NCBI RefSeq assembly: GCF_036971445.1 | Contig: NC_091474.1 | Location: 127,038,001 to 127,102,000 of the forward strand | DNA length: 64,000 bases | Source: Narcine bancroftii | Lineage: Eukaryota | Reading direction: 5' to 3' | In this document: piece by piece, positions 35,966-49,934 of the stretch | Layout: every line of letters begins with the position of its first letter | How positions within the stretch are numbered: position 1 is the stretch's first letter | Notes under the pieces: model-generated | What the model saw: only the letters and a program-made list of their open reading frames with translations | What the model was told of the DNA's origin: nothing | The model's database searches: none | Translations under genes and position numbers: made by a program

Positions 35966-37027
35966 GTGAAATATTTGACAAAATTTTGTCAATTTTGACT
36001 TGAGCATTTTTTTTTCTTGGCTGACTATTTCATTTTATTGCATAAAACTTTTCTCTCACCTTAGAATAATTTCAGAAATTCTGTTCCATCATACTGCAAA
36101 GTGAATCTGTTAAATAAAGGTGTAAAAGATTCAATAGAAGAAGCAAATGTTGCTAGCTTGCACCCACCCTAGCATTTTGACTGTTTCATTTGTCTGTTTT
36201 ACAATTCCCTGCATTTTCACGGTTCTAACTGATATGATTACCAATAACAAAGCATCAGCTTCTCAAATCTTATTTTGTTTTCTCTCCTTTACTCACTCTT
36301 CCTTTTTGTTTTCTGTTCCTTTTAGTTATTTCTCCTTCTTTCTCACCTTTTCTACTTCTCCCTGCTTGTCCATTGTCTTCTGTATCAGTACGATTAAATT
36401 ATAGGGAAATAATTTTCCCTCACTCCTCCAATCAATTCCAAGAGAAAATTCTGCTTACTGCCCTCCTGGTTTGATGGTGCTGAATTGCTCTATCATTACA
36501 ATTGGCCCTCTGTGGCCTGAGTGAGCTGCTCTCTCTACCGATGTGTCTTCAATCATCTGTTAATGTTGCCCCTAACTGTGCTTATTTATTTTCTCCAGTT
36601 TGCCTTAAAAAATTTCCAAAAGACCACTCCTTGAACTGCTCCATTTCCTGGCACTGTCATAATGGTTGCAATGGCTGCAATGTATATTTTCCCCAGAAAG
36701 GATTGTGATAGTTTTTCATCCAAACAAGAAAATTATAAAGCTTCACTTTTTTTAAAAAAAGCTTCATGCAGAATGGCTCAAGTCCTGTAATTGTTTTGAG
36801 CATCACAACCAAATTTTTGCCTTTTAATTTATTTTCTTACTTGTACTAAGAAATGGAAATATTTGATCCCTTGGAGCCTTCTAGCAAATTTACTCTGCAT
36901 CTTCATCAGCCTTCAAGTCCTGTGAGGAATTAGTGAAGATTGAATAATTTTTGTTTTGTTTTTCTATTGCCATATGTCCAAGTTGTTGATTTAAGTTTGA
37001 CTGGAAAATGTTTGCTTTCCTTTGTAG

Positions 37028-37157
37028 GTTGGTATATATCTTCTTGAGTCTGGTTTGGGAAAACCAGAGTACCTGAGTGAAAGAAGCTGCAGAATGAGAA
37101 AGACAAATACGCTGATTCAGAAACTCATGGAATATTTTTATGACTTAGCTGCTGCAG
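37028..37157 (+). CDS. SHPRH: SHPRH coding exon 2
   Basis: VGIYLLESGLGKPEYLSE...LIQKLMEYFY; 130 nt; acceptor tgtAG, donor G|GTATA. Confidence 0.92.
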
Positions 37158-37464
37158 GTATAATATTTATTGTAAAAGAAAAGATAATAAAGGCAGCATG
37201 AGAATCATTAGAAACCAAAAATGTGCAGATACTGGAAATCTGAAATATAAACAAAAAAAAGCTGTAAAAACTAAGCAGGTCAGACAGCATCTTCATAGAG
37301 AGGAGCAAGAGTTAACATTTTAGGTCAATTACCTTTCATCAGAACTGTTGATGTCAGATTAGTTTATATCTTCATTTTCTCTTTTGCAAAACTAATTTCT
37401 ATTGCATCTTTTTTTCATTGTTGTCTTAATCATGGAGCCATTAATGTGATGGTTGATATTGCAT

Positions 37465-38050
37465 AAATTTTAAATTTAAATATTCAGCACGGTAACAGGC
37501 CATTTCGGCCCATGAGTCTGTGCTGCTCAATTTCCACCACATTAACCTACATTTCGAATGGGGGAGGAAACAGGAACCCCCGGAGAAAACCCACGCAGAC
37601 ATGGGGAGAATGTACAAACTCCTTACAGACAGCACAGGATTCAAACCCTGGTCTGGTCCTGATCGCTGGTGCTGTAAAGGCGTTGCGATAACCATTACAC
37701 TAACTGTGCTGCAGAGATCTGCAAAATAAACTTGCATCAATATAGAACCCTTCACAATCTCCTGATCTCGCAAACCGCTTACAGTCAATGTAATTAAAAG
37801 CTGAAATGCTGTTACTATTGCAATAAATGGAGAAATTTAAAATTTAGACATAACATCATGGTAACAGGACCCTTTGGCCCACAAGCCTGTGCTGCCAATT
37901 ACACCCAATTGACCTACAATCCCGGTACTTTTTGAAACTGGAGCCCCTGGGGAAAACCCACATGGAGAACAAACAAACTCCTTACAGATGGTGTGGGATT
38001 TGAACCCTGGTCCTAATCGCTGCCGCTATAACTGCATTGCTAACCATGCT
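37465..38050 (-). mobile_element. Two tandem V-SINE-like copies (about 37465-37710 and 37835-38050)
   Basis: Both show the taaattt tail, acaaactccttacaga and a reverse B-box ggattcaaaccc / ggatttgaaccc. Confidence 0.75.
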
Positions 38051-39029
38051 ACTTCAAATTCCCTGTAATGTGGGCAGTGCAAAGCATTACCAATGGAACA
38101 ATGGTTCTCAACCTTTTTTTGAACCACATGATCTTGTGAAATATTCCTTTAGTTACTGCAGACCACTAATAACAAACCCACAGTGGAGGGGTGAGTGGGG
38201 GAAACTCAAGCCCATGCCAGACCACTGACAGGATTTTTATTTTGTTTTGGTGAGAACATTTTTTTGTCAAATTTACAGGATTGTTTGATAAATTGTTTAT
38301 TGTATCAATGATATTTGTTTTTGACACACAGGTCATTTGTAATAAACTCATGTGCCACCAATGAGTATCCATGGTTCACAGATTGAAAAATACTGTCAGG
38401 AGGAATGTGCATTATCCTTGTGGGAAATAGATTATGCTATATGACATTATTTACTTGATTATTCTACTCAATCTTGGCAAAATCTAGTCTCCCTGTGAGG
38501 AGTGGTGGTGGGGGAGGATACAATAACTTCAGGTTGACTCCTGAAATTCAAAATGAACAAAATCACAAGTGGTAATTTTTCTATCAGGGATAATAGAACA
38601 GCCAGGCAAGCATGCTTGCTTGGAGAAGCTCAAGTCATGTCTCAGAGAACATTGTTGCAGCTGCCAGATATTTAATGTTTGTCTTTGATAGTTGGCTGTG
38701 TTGATTGTTGCCTAGTCATCTGTAATTTGCCAGAATTAATCTAATGGTGACAGGTGAAGGAAAAGGAAGAGAAAGAAGCAAAATCTTAAGGGAACAGAAA
38801 GAGTAGGAGAGTAGGATGCCCCTATTTAAATGCAAAATTGGTAGCCCTGTAGAATATTAGTATGGATCCATGTTTTGTTTAATTTTCTTGACACATACCA
38901 AAATGGAGCTAATCTTTGGCTGATCCCAAGGTGAAAGACTTTGGGCTCTTTTTGCTCCTTAATCACTTGACATATGGGCTTGTGAGTTTTTGCAGTCAGC
39001 AACAAGCAAAACTTATCCTGGAACTATCC

Positions 39030-39560
39030 TTCAACATTATTCCTGGATCAGATAAAATGCACATTGTGTGACCACTTTGGGGAACACATTCATTCAATCT
39101 GTTAGTCAAATACTGGTTCCCTGTCAGTTTAATTCTCTGTTACATTCCCAAGCCGATATTTCTATTTCTTTGTCCTCCAACACATGCATGAAGTTCAAGA
39201 GAAACAACATCTTTGAGCTGGGCACATTACTGCTTTCCACACCGGTATTTTCATATAATGATTCCAATATTTATATTCTCAACTCCTCCACACCCATTTT
39301 TGTGTAACTTTACTTTTCCCATTTGCAACAAATTTTCCAAGCAAACTATCTATTTAATTAATTCATCTTGCCACTGAACTCGATTTTTCTTTTCCCATCA
39401 CTGTTTTCTCTGCAATTTGGAACATATTTTATCTCTTACTTGCTCCCATTTCAAGTTATGGATATGAACCATTCTGTTACGCTGTCTGAACTGCTGAGTA
39501 GTATCAGCTTTTTCTGTTTTGTTTTTTACTTCCACCATTCACAGTATTTTGCTTTTTTTT
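39030..39560 (+). mobile_element. Degenerate Penelope-like fragment
   Basis: Similar to the reverse complement of 34330-34560, ending in an ctgctgagt...cagc terminal repeat. Confidence 0.45.
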
Positions 39561-39827
39561 ACATTTTAATATTGTTGATTGAAGGGACAAATATTTTCCG
39601 GGATCTTTAGCTAACTCCCAAACTTTTTTCTTGTGACTAGTTCCAAAGGATCTTTTGTATATATCTGAGATGGAAAATAAGTACCCTCTGTAATAACTCA
39701 TTCAAAATGCCAATTTAATTGGAAGTGTCAGCCAAGATGAAGCACATGTGTCTCTGGAATGTGATTTGGAACCTACAACTTCTGCCTCAGAGAAAGGTTA
39801 CATGAGCAATGATTATCCAGACATCCT

Positions 39828-40011
39828 TGTGGTGATATGTAATTACACCACTGGGTCACCAGGGGTCATCCCAGTGACCTTGTATATAAAGCAGTCCAGA
39901 GCTAGTCTAGCCTTCCAGGTGTGTCTTGCAGAGACAAGACCTCTTAGTGTACATATTAGTTTATTAAAGCTGTCTTATACTCGCACTGCTGTTGTGGTTA
40001 TTGTCAGTACA
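39828..40011 (+). mobile_element. Short solo LTR (184 bp) with a 5-bp TSD
   Basis: TG...CA termini, ATCCT at 39823-39827 and 40012-40016, internal TATATAAA and ATTAAA. Confidence 0.85.
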
Positions 40012-40094
40012 ATCCTGGCAAGAGGTTTAACTATCTCTAAGTGATGCTATTTTTTTTGGCACCATTCCCATACCTGAGGAGCATTCCATACTTC

Positions 40095-40383
40095 TGTAGC
40101 ACTGCTAAAGGCAGATCTGCTGAAATAAATACCGTCCACACCAAGCAAGTAAAACAGTAACTGCTGTTTATTCAAACCACGCATGTTCCTTTTTAAGGGG
40201 AAGTGACAGGATCATGGGAGTGATGTCATAATGCTGCTGTGAGGCCTGGCCGTTCCCCTGGCAATGCGCTCCTGCAGCCTGGAACTTCTGCAGGGTGAGG
40301 GGAAAGCCCCTGTGCCCTACCGCACTGGCTGTTCGCTATGGCGATTCGGCCCATCGTGTGCGAGGTTGACCCAGCCCACTACA
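40095..40383 (-). mobile_element. Probable solo LTR
   Basis: TGTAG...CTACA termini and a minus-strand AATAAA. The TSD is not intact (cttc versus ctgg). Confidence 0.55.
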
Positions 40384-40699
40384 CTGGCTTGTTTTTTTGT
40401 CTCTTCTTCAGGAGAGCAATCCTAAGTTCATTTATTAGTTGCATCAACATGCAAATATGTAACTTAGATTACTGCTGAATATTAATCATCCTAAATCCAG
40501 AAGTGTGCTTAAAAATCTTTTGTGAAGAGAGTTATTACAAAGGTTGAAAATTGAAGAAACAGTATGAACTAGCAATTGGTGAAAAGTCAAATATCTATAA
40601 GATTTTAAAACATTAGACTTGTGTTTACTTTTTTCATGCTGGGACTTTTTTAAAATAATGCATAACCAAAAATTCATTTGTTTCTGAACTTTAATCTAG

Positions 40700-40915
40700 A
40701 AACCTCAAACATAATTGAAGAAGCCAACAAAGAGCTAGAAAGGGAGAACATCGAAGAACTGTATGACTTTGTACGTTATGCGCATCAGCAGGAGGTTCTC
40801 TGCAACGAGAAGGTCCAGCATCCTCTGCTTGTTCCATTGCTCAGACCATACCAGTGTCAGGCGGTCAATTGGATGCTTCAAAGAGAACATTATAGCGGTG
40901 GTCCTCCCTCTGATA
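40700..40915 (+). CDS. SHPRH: SHPRH coding exon 3
   Basis: IEELYDFVR..HQQE...VQHPLLVPLLRPYQCQAVNWMLQRE (SNF2 Q motif); 216 nt, phase 1-1. Confidence 0.93.
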
Positions 40916-41789
40916 GTAGGTTTGAACTGGGTGCTTCATAAAGCTTTTAGAAAATACAGTTTTATACTAAAGGCAAATCTTCTTCCAGATGGTACAAAGG
41001 ATGAAATTGTTTTTCAGTGGTAGTTTTTGTTGGTTCCAAATTCTGATAATAAAGTTTGATAATCTGGTACCTAGGGGATTTTGGTATTGTTCGATTGAGG
41101 GGTTTATCAGCTATTGAATTTTATTTGATATTAATTCTCCAACATATTTTTAATTTTTAAACTATATCACATATTATGATAAATTCTCCACTGAACATGG
41201 GTAGGATTCAGGGAAATGCAGGAACTAGGGACCTGGTGGGATGCAGAGCAGTGGAGGAACCAGAGTCCCATTGAATCTCAGAGGAATCCAGGAACTGCTA
41301 TGGAGGCCCTAGTGAGACTTAGTTGTGGCGAGAGCCTACAGGAACCGGAGAGACTTGAGAGAGAATGTGAGGACCATTGAGACACTGGTAGGGGATATGG
41401 GAAACAGATGCTGATCTATCAGAATTTCTGAGTAGTTGGAGAGTAGATTTTTAGAGTTTTACTCTAGTTCCAAACATTCTCTAAAATCAAAATGATATGA
41501 AGTTCTCACTATTAAAGAAAAGTCTTCTCCTTGGGACTGGCATTTGAGGAGTAGAAAGTACAAATAGTTTGTGTAAATATTGGCACTTGTCAAACTACAG
41601 CTGTTTACCACTGGACATATTTGAACCACTTAACTCTAAAACTCTGCACAACCTTTATGCTCCACAAATGGCTTCATCTTCACATCTATTCCCATCAATA
41701 TAAGGTGCTGCTCTTTTTTCTACCACGTTTTTAAATACCTTCCTCTCAAATGTATACATCTATATTTATCTGAATAACACAGCGAATGT

Positions 41790-42350
41790 TAGGGATCTGA
41801 GGAATGTTGTGGAGCAGAGGGATCAAGAAGTACAGGTGCATAATAACTTGAAAGTGGCATCATAGGTCGATAAGATGGTAAAAAATGGCTTACTGCACAT
41901 TGACTTTTAATAGTCGGCAAACTGAATATATGGAGGTATAGTGAGAGTTTGATCAGGCTAGATCTTTTTTCTTGGAGCACAGGAGGATGAAGGACGATTT
42001 CACAGAAGTGTACAAAATAATGAGAGGAATAGATCCAATGAACACACTGTATCTTTTGCCCAGAGAAGGTAAATTGGTACCCAGATTATGTAGGTTTAAG
42101 ATGAAGGTGGAGAGATTTAATAGGAAGGGTGACTTTTTTTTTACATAGAGGGTGGTGAATGCATGGAACAAACTGCTAGAGAAGGTGGTTCAGGTAGGTT
42201 TAAAAAACATTTGGACAGATACATGGACAGCATAGTTTTAGAGGAAGATAAGCTAAATGCAGACAAGTGGGGTTGTGGGTGAGACATTTTGGTCGGCTTG
42301 GGCAGGTTGCGCTAAAGGGCTGGTTTCCATGTTATGTAACTTTGACTCTA
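41790..42350 (+). mobile_element. CR1 LINE 3' fragment
   Basis: ttttcttggagcacaggaggatgaagg...agagggtggtgaatgcatggaac...tttgactcta tail. Confidence 0.7.
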
Positions 42351-42949
42351 TAATTTTTTGTGGTAGAAGCTTTGAAAATTAAGGAAAGGAGTTTCTATTG
42401 AATTTACTAGTGACCAATGTTTATGTTCCCCAATTTTAGTCAATTGAAAATATTTTCCATATCAACACCTGATTTTAAACTTTAAGGGCCTCTATCAGTT
42501 TGCCCGTCATCTTTTTTTATTGTATAAAACCTTGACCTGTCAGAAGTTCAAATTCAATATAACTTTTATGAATTTCATGAAGGACTTAACTGCATGATGT
42601 GGTTGGGACACCAATTCTGCTGCCACCATAAACTCTAAATGTCAGTCACTCAAATAGGAACTAAACTGCAGGAAAATTGGTCAACTTATTTTGATTGACC
42701 TCCTGTCACTTTCCTGCATTGTAGTCAGAGTACATCCAGCACCAAGAAATGAGTGAACAGAAGACACTCATCTCACATGCCTGAGGAGGTGTGTTGTACA
42801 GTATTCCAAGCTTTACATGGTAAGCTTGAATCAGAATTTCTGGATGTGATGATGGAAGTGAGAATGCCAATGGTATATTTTTTGAACTTTCTTACTTCAT
42901 GACAGTCAATGTAATGATGTGAATTAAAAACATAATTGTTTCTATGCAG

Positions 42950-43028
42950 AAATTGCTCTACACTTGTTATGGAAAGAATTCACCACTAAAGATGAGAAGA
43001 AGTTGTATTACAACCCCTACACTGGCTG
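42950..43028 (+). CDS. SHPRH: SHPRH coding exon 4
   Basis: IALHLLWKEFTTKDEKKLYYNPYTG; 79 nt; phases are consistent. Confidence 0.93.
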
Positions 43029-43289
43029 GTGGGTATATTTTATGGTTGAGGTCCTTTAGATATGGTACTGAAGCTAAATGTAGTTGCACTGGAGTGAAGG
43101 CAGTTGAGACTATTCTTCTCTAGGGTTTGTTACCATAACAAATGTGTTGCAGGCAATAAATCTCATGAGAATTAGTTTAGATTGAGCTTAACTATTTCTA
43201 CGTAATGCCTTCACTTATCGCTTTGCTCATTATTACACCCTGCTTATGTTACATTCTCTATCCAGAAATGTGCACATAATCCAGGTTTA

Positions 43290-43769
43290 CCGTATATGCC
43301 GGTGTATAGGATGACTGTTGTAGGATGACCCCACAATTTCCACTAAAATGTAGGCTTTGAGTGATACCCTTTGTATAAGGTGACCCCAAATCTGGTATTT
43401 ACTGCTGACCAGTGGATGCTGTTAAAAGAAAATCTCAATATTTTAATACCAAATTACTCTTTAAAGGTTTTAAGTTTATTGGCATGTTTTAAAATAAATC
43501 ACCGCCTGCTCCTGTAACAGGCTGTTTAAAGCCTGTATAGAGCCGACAGCCAATTGGACTAGGTGGATGGACCCCACGGTGAAGCACTGAGACCTTATTG
43601 ATAACTAACAGGACACACACAAGATTGTGTTGGAGGCAGCAGGAAGGTGGCTGTGATGTTGAGACTTCGCTGTCAATGTTCAGATTTTATACTCAGTGTA
43701 TAAGATGATACCTGATTTTGAGGTGACATTTTAAGCTTCAAGGATCATCCTATGCACTGGCATATATGA
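43290..43769. mobile_element. pogo-like MITE
   Basis: TA|ccgtatatgccggtgtataggatga ... tcatcctatgcactggcatatatga|TA. Confidence 0.75.
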
Positions 43770-44344
43770 TATACACTACAGTCCTACTGAACTGTCAGAG
43801 GCGCTAGCTTTCAGATGACACTATGTCTGACCTTGGAAGCGTGTGGCAAAGCAGTTATTACAACTGCCTCAGTCTGTGGCCTGGGTTCAATCCTGGCATT
43901 TGTTGCTATAGAGTCTGCCTGTTCACTCCATGAGTTTCCTCTAGTTGCTCTGGTTTCCCCTCACATCACAAATGATAAATGGTTACTCTAGATTCCCCCT
44001 TTAGTTTTGGGTTAATGGCAAAAATAATTAAATTGGAGTAGATGGGCATATTTGCAAGAGACAGAGTTGTTGGACTGATAGGAAATAAAGGCGAATGCGT
44101 TGAATGGGGTTGATTTCCTGGAAGTCAGCATTGACACAAATTGCCCCATGAGGCCAATACTTAAAATAAGAAGACCATTATACTATTTCAAAAAAGAACA
44201 CACATTCTTGAGGTGCCCTTGGCAACATTTATTACATCAGTGAAACAGTTTAACTGCTTGTTATCTCTTTGCTCTTTGTGCTCTGCTGAGCATTAATTAG
44301 TTGGTATGCAATCTGATTATAAGTGATGATGTTTCGGCTAAGTA

Positions 44345-45182
44345 CAGTGGAACACTGTTATAACGTGATAGTTTGGGTCTAAAAAAATCGAGGTTCACGA
44401 AAAACCATTTTCAAAAAAATCAAGAATACATGTACAATACTTACATTTGCAATCATCTTTTTATTTCTTACAATCATCATTTTATTTCTTTAAAAATGCA
44501 ATAGAATGTTCGATGCTTGAACGCAGTATGTTGCTGGCTGCAAGTGTCATGTTTGCTAGACAATGTGTGCTCTTGGATCATCTTGTTGCAGAGGCTGTTT
44601 CATCAAAGTTGTACACTTGTTCGACGTAGCCACCTTCTTCTAAGGGAGTTTTTAGTTCTGCTGGGTATTCACTGGCTGCAGCACAGTCGACTGAGAGAAT
44701 TTCTCCAGACGCTAACATTTGAGAAATCCCATGATGGGATTTAAACCAGTCTAATCATCCATTGCTAGCTTTGAACTGTGAGGTTTCTCCGTTGATCATC
44801 TGTCAAACTTCTCGGCTTGAGCTTTGAGAATAGGCCTTCTGAGCGCGCTTGAACGAACCACTCGCACAGGGAGTCATCGAGACTGACATCTTTGACTGTC
44901 TTCATTTGTTTGGCCTGTTCCTTAACTTTCCAGACATGAAGTGTTGATTCAGGTATGCTGAGGTCTCGTGCAACTTGGATTTGACTTTTATTCTTGATCA
45001 AATCAAGTGCGTGAAGCTGATCTTTCACAGAAAAAATATTTTAGTGTTCTAATGGTGCATTGCATTTTGAAAAAAAATTCAATTCCAGAAAGAGTGAGGG
45101 GAAAAAAAAAAGGGTCAGATGGCGTATCGTGTTTTATCCGGATTCACGTTAAATCAGATCGTGTTAAATCAGGGTTCCACTG
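44345..45182 (-). mobile_element. Tigger-like DNA transposon, internally deleted
   Basis: TA|cagtggaac...gttccactg|TA. ORF 44765-45028 is a CENP-B-type HTH (QVARDLSIPESTL..W...LDDSLCEWFVQARSEG). Confidence 0.82.
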
Positions 45183-45629
45183 TATTAATAGGAACTTCCT
45201 GAGGATTCACTTTTTGTTTCTCTTTCTCTCCCACTGTCTTTAACTCTCGTCATTTTCCTTGCCTTATTAATAGCTTGTTTTACAGCTTGTGCTCTCCTCT
45301 ATCTTCACTTCAAGTGACTTCTCTTAATTGCTGCCATTGCTACTTTTTTATTTTAAATGGTTTTGCTTTATTGAATTGAATTGTTTATTGTCACCTGTGC
45401 CAAAATACAGTGAGTGCCTTCTAGGTAAGTCAACCCACACCAGTACAGATTTTTAGTGCAGTAATAAAACTAAAGTGCAGAGTGTAGTGCTAAAATAGGT
45501 GGGAGTAACAAAGTCAGGATATAGAGAATAGAATAATGATGCAGTGAAAAGATCTGAAAGGAGCAATTTTCCACATTTCATGTTTGTTCCTATTTTGGGA
45601 TTAATCAGGTTTAAAAATTGAGAATAAAC

Positions 45630-46325
45630 CAGGAACGGCCACTCTCCACTACATGTCAACAGCTCTGTAGTAGAGAGAGTGGAGAGCACCGAGTTCCTTG
45701 GAGTTTACTTAACTAGTCACCTATCATGGACACTCAGCATCTCCTCACTTGTCAGGAAGCCACAACAGCCACTGCATTTCCTGAGAAGACTGAAGCGGGC
45801 AAGGCAAACAGCCACCATTATGTCAACCTTCTCTAGGAGCTCTATCGAGAGTGTCCTGGCTAGTTGCATCACAGTGTGGTATGGTTGCTGTAGAGAAATG
45901 GATCAGAGGTCAATCCACAGGACCGCAAGAATGGCAGAGAGGATCACTGGATTCTCCCACCCACCCCCATCAACGTGATATACTGGGATTGTTGTCTGAA
46001 GAGGGCATGCAAAATCATTGAGGTCCCTTCCACCCTGCATACAGCATATTTCAGCTGCTCCCTTCAGGGAAGAGATATAGGAGTATCAGAGGCAGGACCA
46101 CCAGGCTGAGGAACAGCTTCTTCCCACTGGCAGTGAGAATGCTGGACAACCAAAAGAACTGCTTACGCTAACCATCTGAGACTCTCATTTGTACAAAGCA
46201 AAAGCTATTTATTTATTATGGATAAAATATGTCCTGCATATATATTATTTGTCTGTGTGTCTGCATGTTTTACACCGAGGACTGTAGAACATTATTTCAT
46301 CAGATTGTACTTGTACAATCAATTG
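45630..46325 (+). mobile_element. Rex1/Babar-like LINE 3' part
   Basis: FLGV.L...LSW...LHFLRRLKRA...SSIESVL..CITVWYG; paralogous to 24270-24955. Confidence 0.8.
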
Positions 46326-46574
46326 ACTAGTTATATATTAGGTGTTGATCATTTCATTGAATATCCTTTTGTTGGGACGCTTGTTATGCTTTCGGAACCC
46401 ATTTTATCTCAGAGAAAAAGGGTGGGTCTATTAATATGAACTAACCAGAGTTTTTTTTAAGGCAATAAAAGTTTTAACTATTTTAAATAAGTGCATAAAA
46501 GTCCGTAATGAAATCCAAAAGCAATTTCGAAGCCAAACCTCATTTGATTTTCAGGTGATCTCTGATTGTTTTAA

Positions 46575-46810
46575 TTTAATTTTTAAATTTAGACATGCAG
46601 CACGGTAACAGGCCATATCGGCCCATGAGTTCATGCCACCCAATTTATACCCTATTAACCTAGACCACCGGTACGTTTTTGAATGGTGGGCGGAAACCAG
46701 AGGCCCTGGAGAAAATCCACACAGTCTTGAGGAGAATGTACAAACTCCTTACTGACAGTGTGGGGTTCAAACTCCCCCAGTCCGGTCCCAATCGCTGGCA
46801 CTGTAAAGGG
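46575..46810 (-). mobile_element. V-SINE-like copy
   Basis: Same architecture as the copy at 37465. Confidence 0.72.
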
Positions 46811-46978
46811 ATTGTGTGTATTTATTGCAGTTAGAATCTGTTGCCCTAAGAAATTGGCCTAGGTCAACCTATCATTGTCAGTGAGAATAATGCCCTTACA
46901 TGATGTGTATCTGACAGTTTTGAATATCACTTTTGACTGTTGTTGACTTTGAGCCCCCTTTAGTTTTAATATGATTAG

Positions 46979-47194
<216 letters not shown>

Positions 47195-49324
47195 TAAATT
47201 TATCATGTATGTTAGGTCTGTTAATCTGCTGGGATTGTCCTTGTGTCTGCAGTGATTAAAGATTTGTCTCCAGCTTCCAAGTGAATATCTGACCAGGATT
47301 GACAGTCCTATTACTAGACAGTAACTTATTTGCTATAGTTGCACTGAAAGGAAAATGAACATTTTTAAGTTCTGTAGAATAAAACAGTGAGGTTAGAAAA
47401 AGTAGCTCACCAGGGGGATAAAGAATGAAAGGATTTTTATTGAAACAATAATGTCTAGAAACTTTACGACATCCTGAATTGGTCATTAAAATGGCAAGTC
47501 CCACTCATCAGACTTCAGTTGTGATTGAGACCCAAGCCCATAATTACAATAGACTGTATGTGGCATGGTTTTATGGTTGAAAATGTGCCACCTGGGATTA
47601 CTTTTTTTTTGATGCTAGGTTCAGGCATTTATCCACTGAGGCTCTTGGAGGACAAGGACTCAGCATTTGTAAAAAGGAGTTTGGAGAGTAACAGTGGATT
47701 GGCATTTACTTTGGTATTTATAAGGATAAAACTTGGGAGATTAGATAGGAGAGATTGTGCAGATCAAAGTTAATAAAAGTTTATTGTCATATATAAAAAT
47801 ACAATGTACAGATGCAAAGAAATCTGAACATTCACCAGCTAAAAACATTAAATTTCTGCAATATGCCAAGATAGATAATAAATATGAAAGATAGAGAGAT
47901 AAATATTCACAGTTGCAGTTAGTGCAAGAAAAATAAACCCTGCAAATGGAGATTTTGGTGGTCCCAGAGTAATTTATGTTTAGGGTACTATGAAGAGGTT
48001 CAAGAGCCTAATAGCTTTTGGATAAAAGCTGTCCTTGAATCTGGAGATGTTGGAATCAGAAGTTATTATCATGAACATGTCATAAAATTCATTGTACTGT
48101 TTGCCTGAAGGTAGAGAGAGAAAAGGTTCTAAATGCTTAAATGATGGGGCTTGGAAGAACAGACCATATTAAAGCCAAATGATATTCTAATTTTAATCAA
48201 GAAGGCTATGAATGTGACAGTAGGCAAGTGATGCTGAATTTGATTGACACATTTGTTAGGTTGTACACCATGAGTAATTAAGTCTTTTGGAAGGGATCAG
48301 CAAAGATTTACTGAAATGGTATGAGGTCAAAGGGCTATGATTCACACTGTACAGTGCTTATGAAGTTTCTTTCTGCACATGAACTGTTTCAACCTGTCAT
48401 GGTTGGAAGTTGCTTTGTTGCCTACTGCAGAGATTTGAATAGACCTCCAACCACGACATACTGATCTTCTCTGGATAGGCTATTATTTAAGATCAATGCA
48501 TTTTTGTTCTTTTTTCTTTCAATTTGGTTCATTTATTACCATTTGCACTTTAGTCAACCTGTCGAAATACTGGCTTCTTTAGGTTAGCAGGACCTCTTTA
48601 GGTGGAAGTGAGAACATAAAAGATGTTGGGATAGATATGAAAGATGTAGGTTAGTTACAAACAGCAGGTTTCACTTGCAGATGGAGCTTTTAATACACAT
48701 AAATGTTCCCTGGCTCTGCATGGATTGCGATTAAAGAAGTGATTTCAAGCCAGAAATGTTTGCAGAGGTGATCAATATGTGGTGAAAGATGTGTGTTTTA
48801 TTGAGTGTCTTACCAGAGGAATGGGAGGTGTTTTTAAAAATTAAAAATGCATATTAATAATATTATTAGCATTTGTATTTACTCTCCCCAAAAATTATAC
48901 ATTTGAATCAAACTAATTCAATTTACTTGTTCTACTCATTTCTTCCAAAATGCATAACCTCAAACTTATCAATGTTATATTGCCAACGGTCCTCAAACAA
49001 ATCCAAATTATTCTTGAGTCTTTTTCAATCCTTCACTCGGTTTACTATAATCCTCATTTCCTGTTGGAACACTGGTGAATCGTGCCATTGAATCATGCCT
49101 TGATGGGGAAGAATTCGATTCTCTACACACACATTACATGAAAAGCAGATGAACAATTTTTCTCATGTGGGGTAACTGGTTGGTTGATCAGTGACCAAGG
49201 CTTACCAAGTACAGAAACTTACTGGTTATAAATGATCTGACTTACGGAAATCCAGTTTTTGGCAAATTCCTGCTTTAAAGCATTTTTTTGAGCCAGTAAT
49301 ACTGATTTAATTTGGAGATATTTA

Positions 49325-49725
49325 GGGCGGCACAGATGGCTTAGTGATTTGCACAATGCCTTTACAGCGCCAGTGATTGGGACTGGAGTTCGAATCCTGT
49401 GCTGTCTGTAAGGAGTTTGTTCCTTCTCCCCATGCCTACGTGGGTTTTCCCTGGGGTTCCGGTTTCCTCCTACCTTTTGAAATGTACCAGGAGTATAGGT
49501 TAATTAGGTGTAAATTGGGCGGTCTGTATATCTAAATTACAAAAAGAGATTCAGCACAGTTACAGGCTCTTCAGGCTCGTGAACCAGAGGTTCCCAATTA
49601 CACCCAGGTGGCCAATTAACTTTCCAACATGTGCGCCTTTGGAATGTGGGAGGAAATGGAGGAAACAAGGAGAACATACAAACTCTGTACAGACAGCAGC
49701 GGATTTGAGCCCAGATCGCTGGCCT
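49325..49725. mobile_element. Tail-to-tail pair of V-SINE-like copies (plus about 49325-49530, minus about 49550-49725)
   Basis: gctgtctgtaaggagtttgt in the first copy and its reverse acaaactctgtacagacagc in the second. Confidence 0.72.
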
Positions 49726-49934
49726 GAAGATCTTTGAAGATATTCATTAATGACTGGATGCTGTATACACTCCATTAATTTAATTCTGGCTAGTGATATG
49801 GTGAATATTCAATGAAATGGAGGAATTATTACAAGTGTACAGAGAGCAATGTGATGTGGGCTACCATAGCAAACAGACATTCCTGATAAGGAAAAATTGG
49901 CTTTTAGACAGTGTTCAGGAATGGAACCCTAAGC

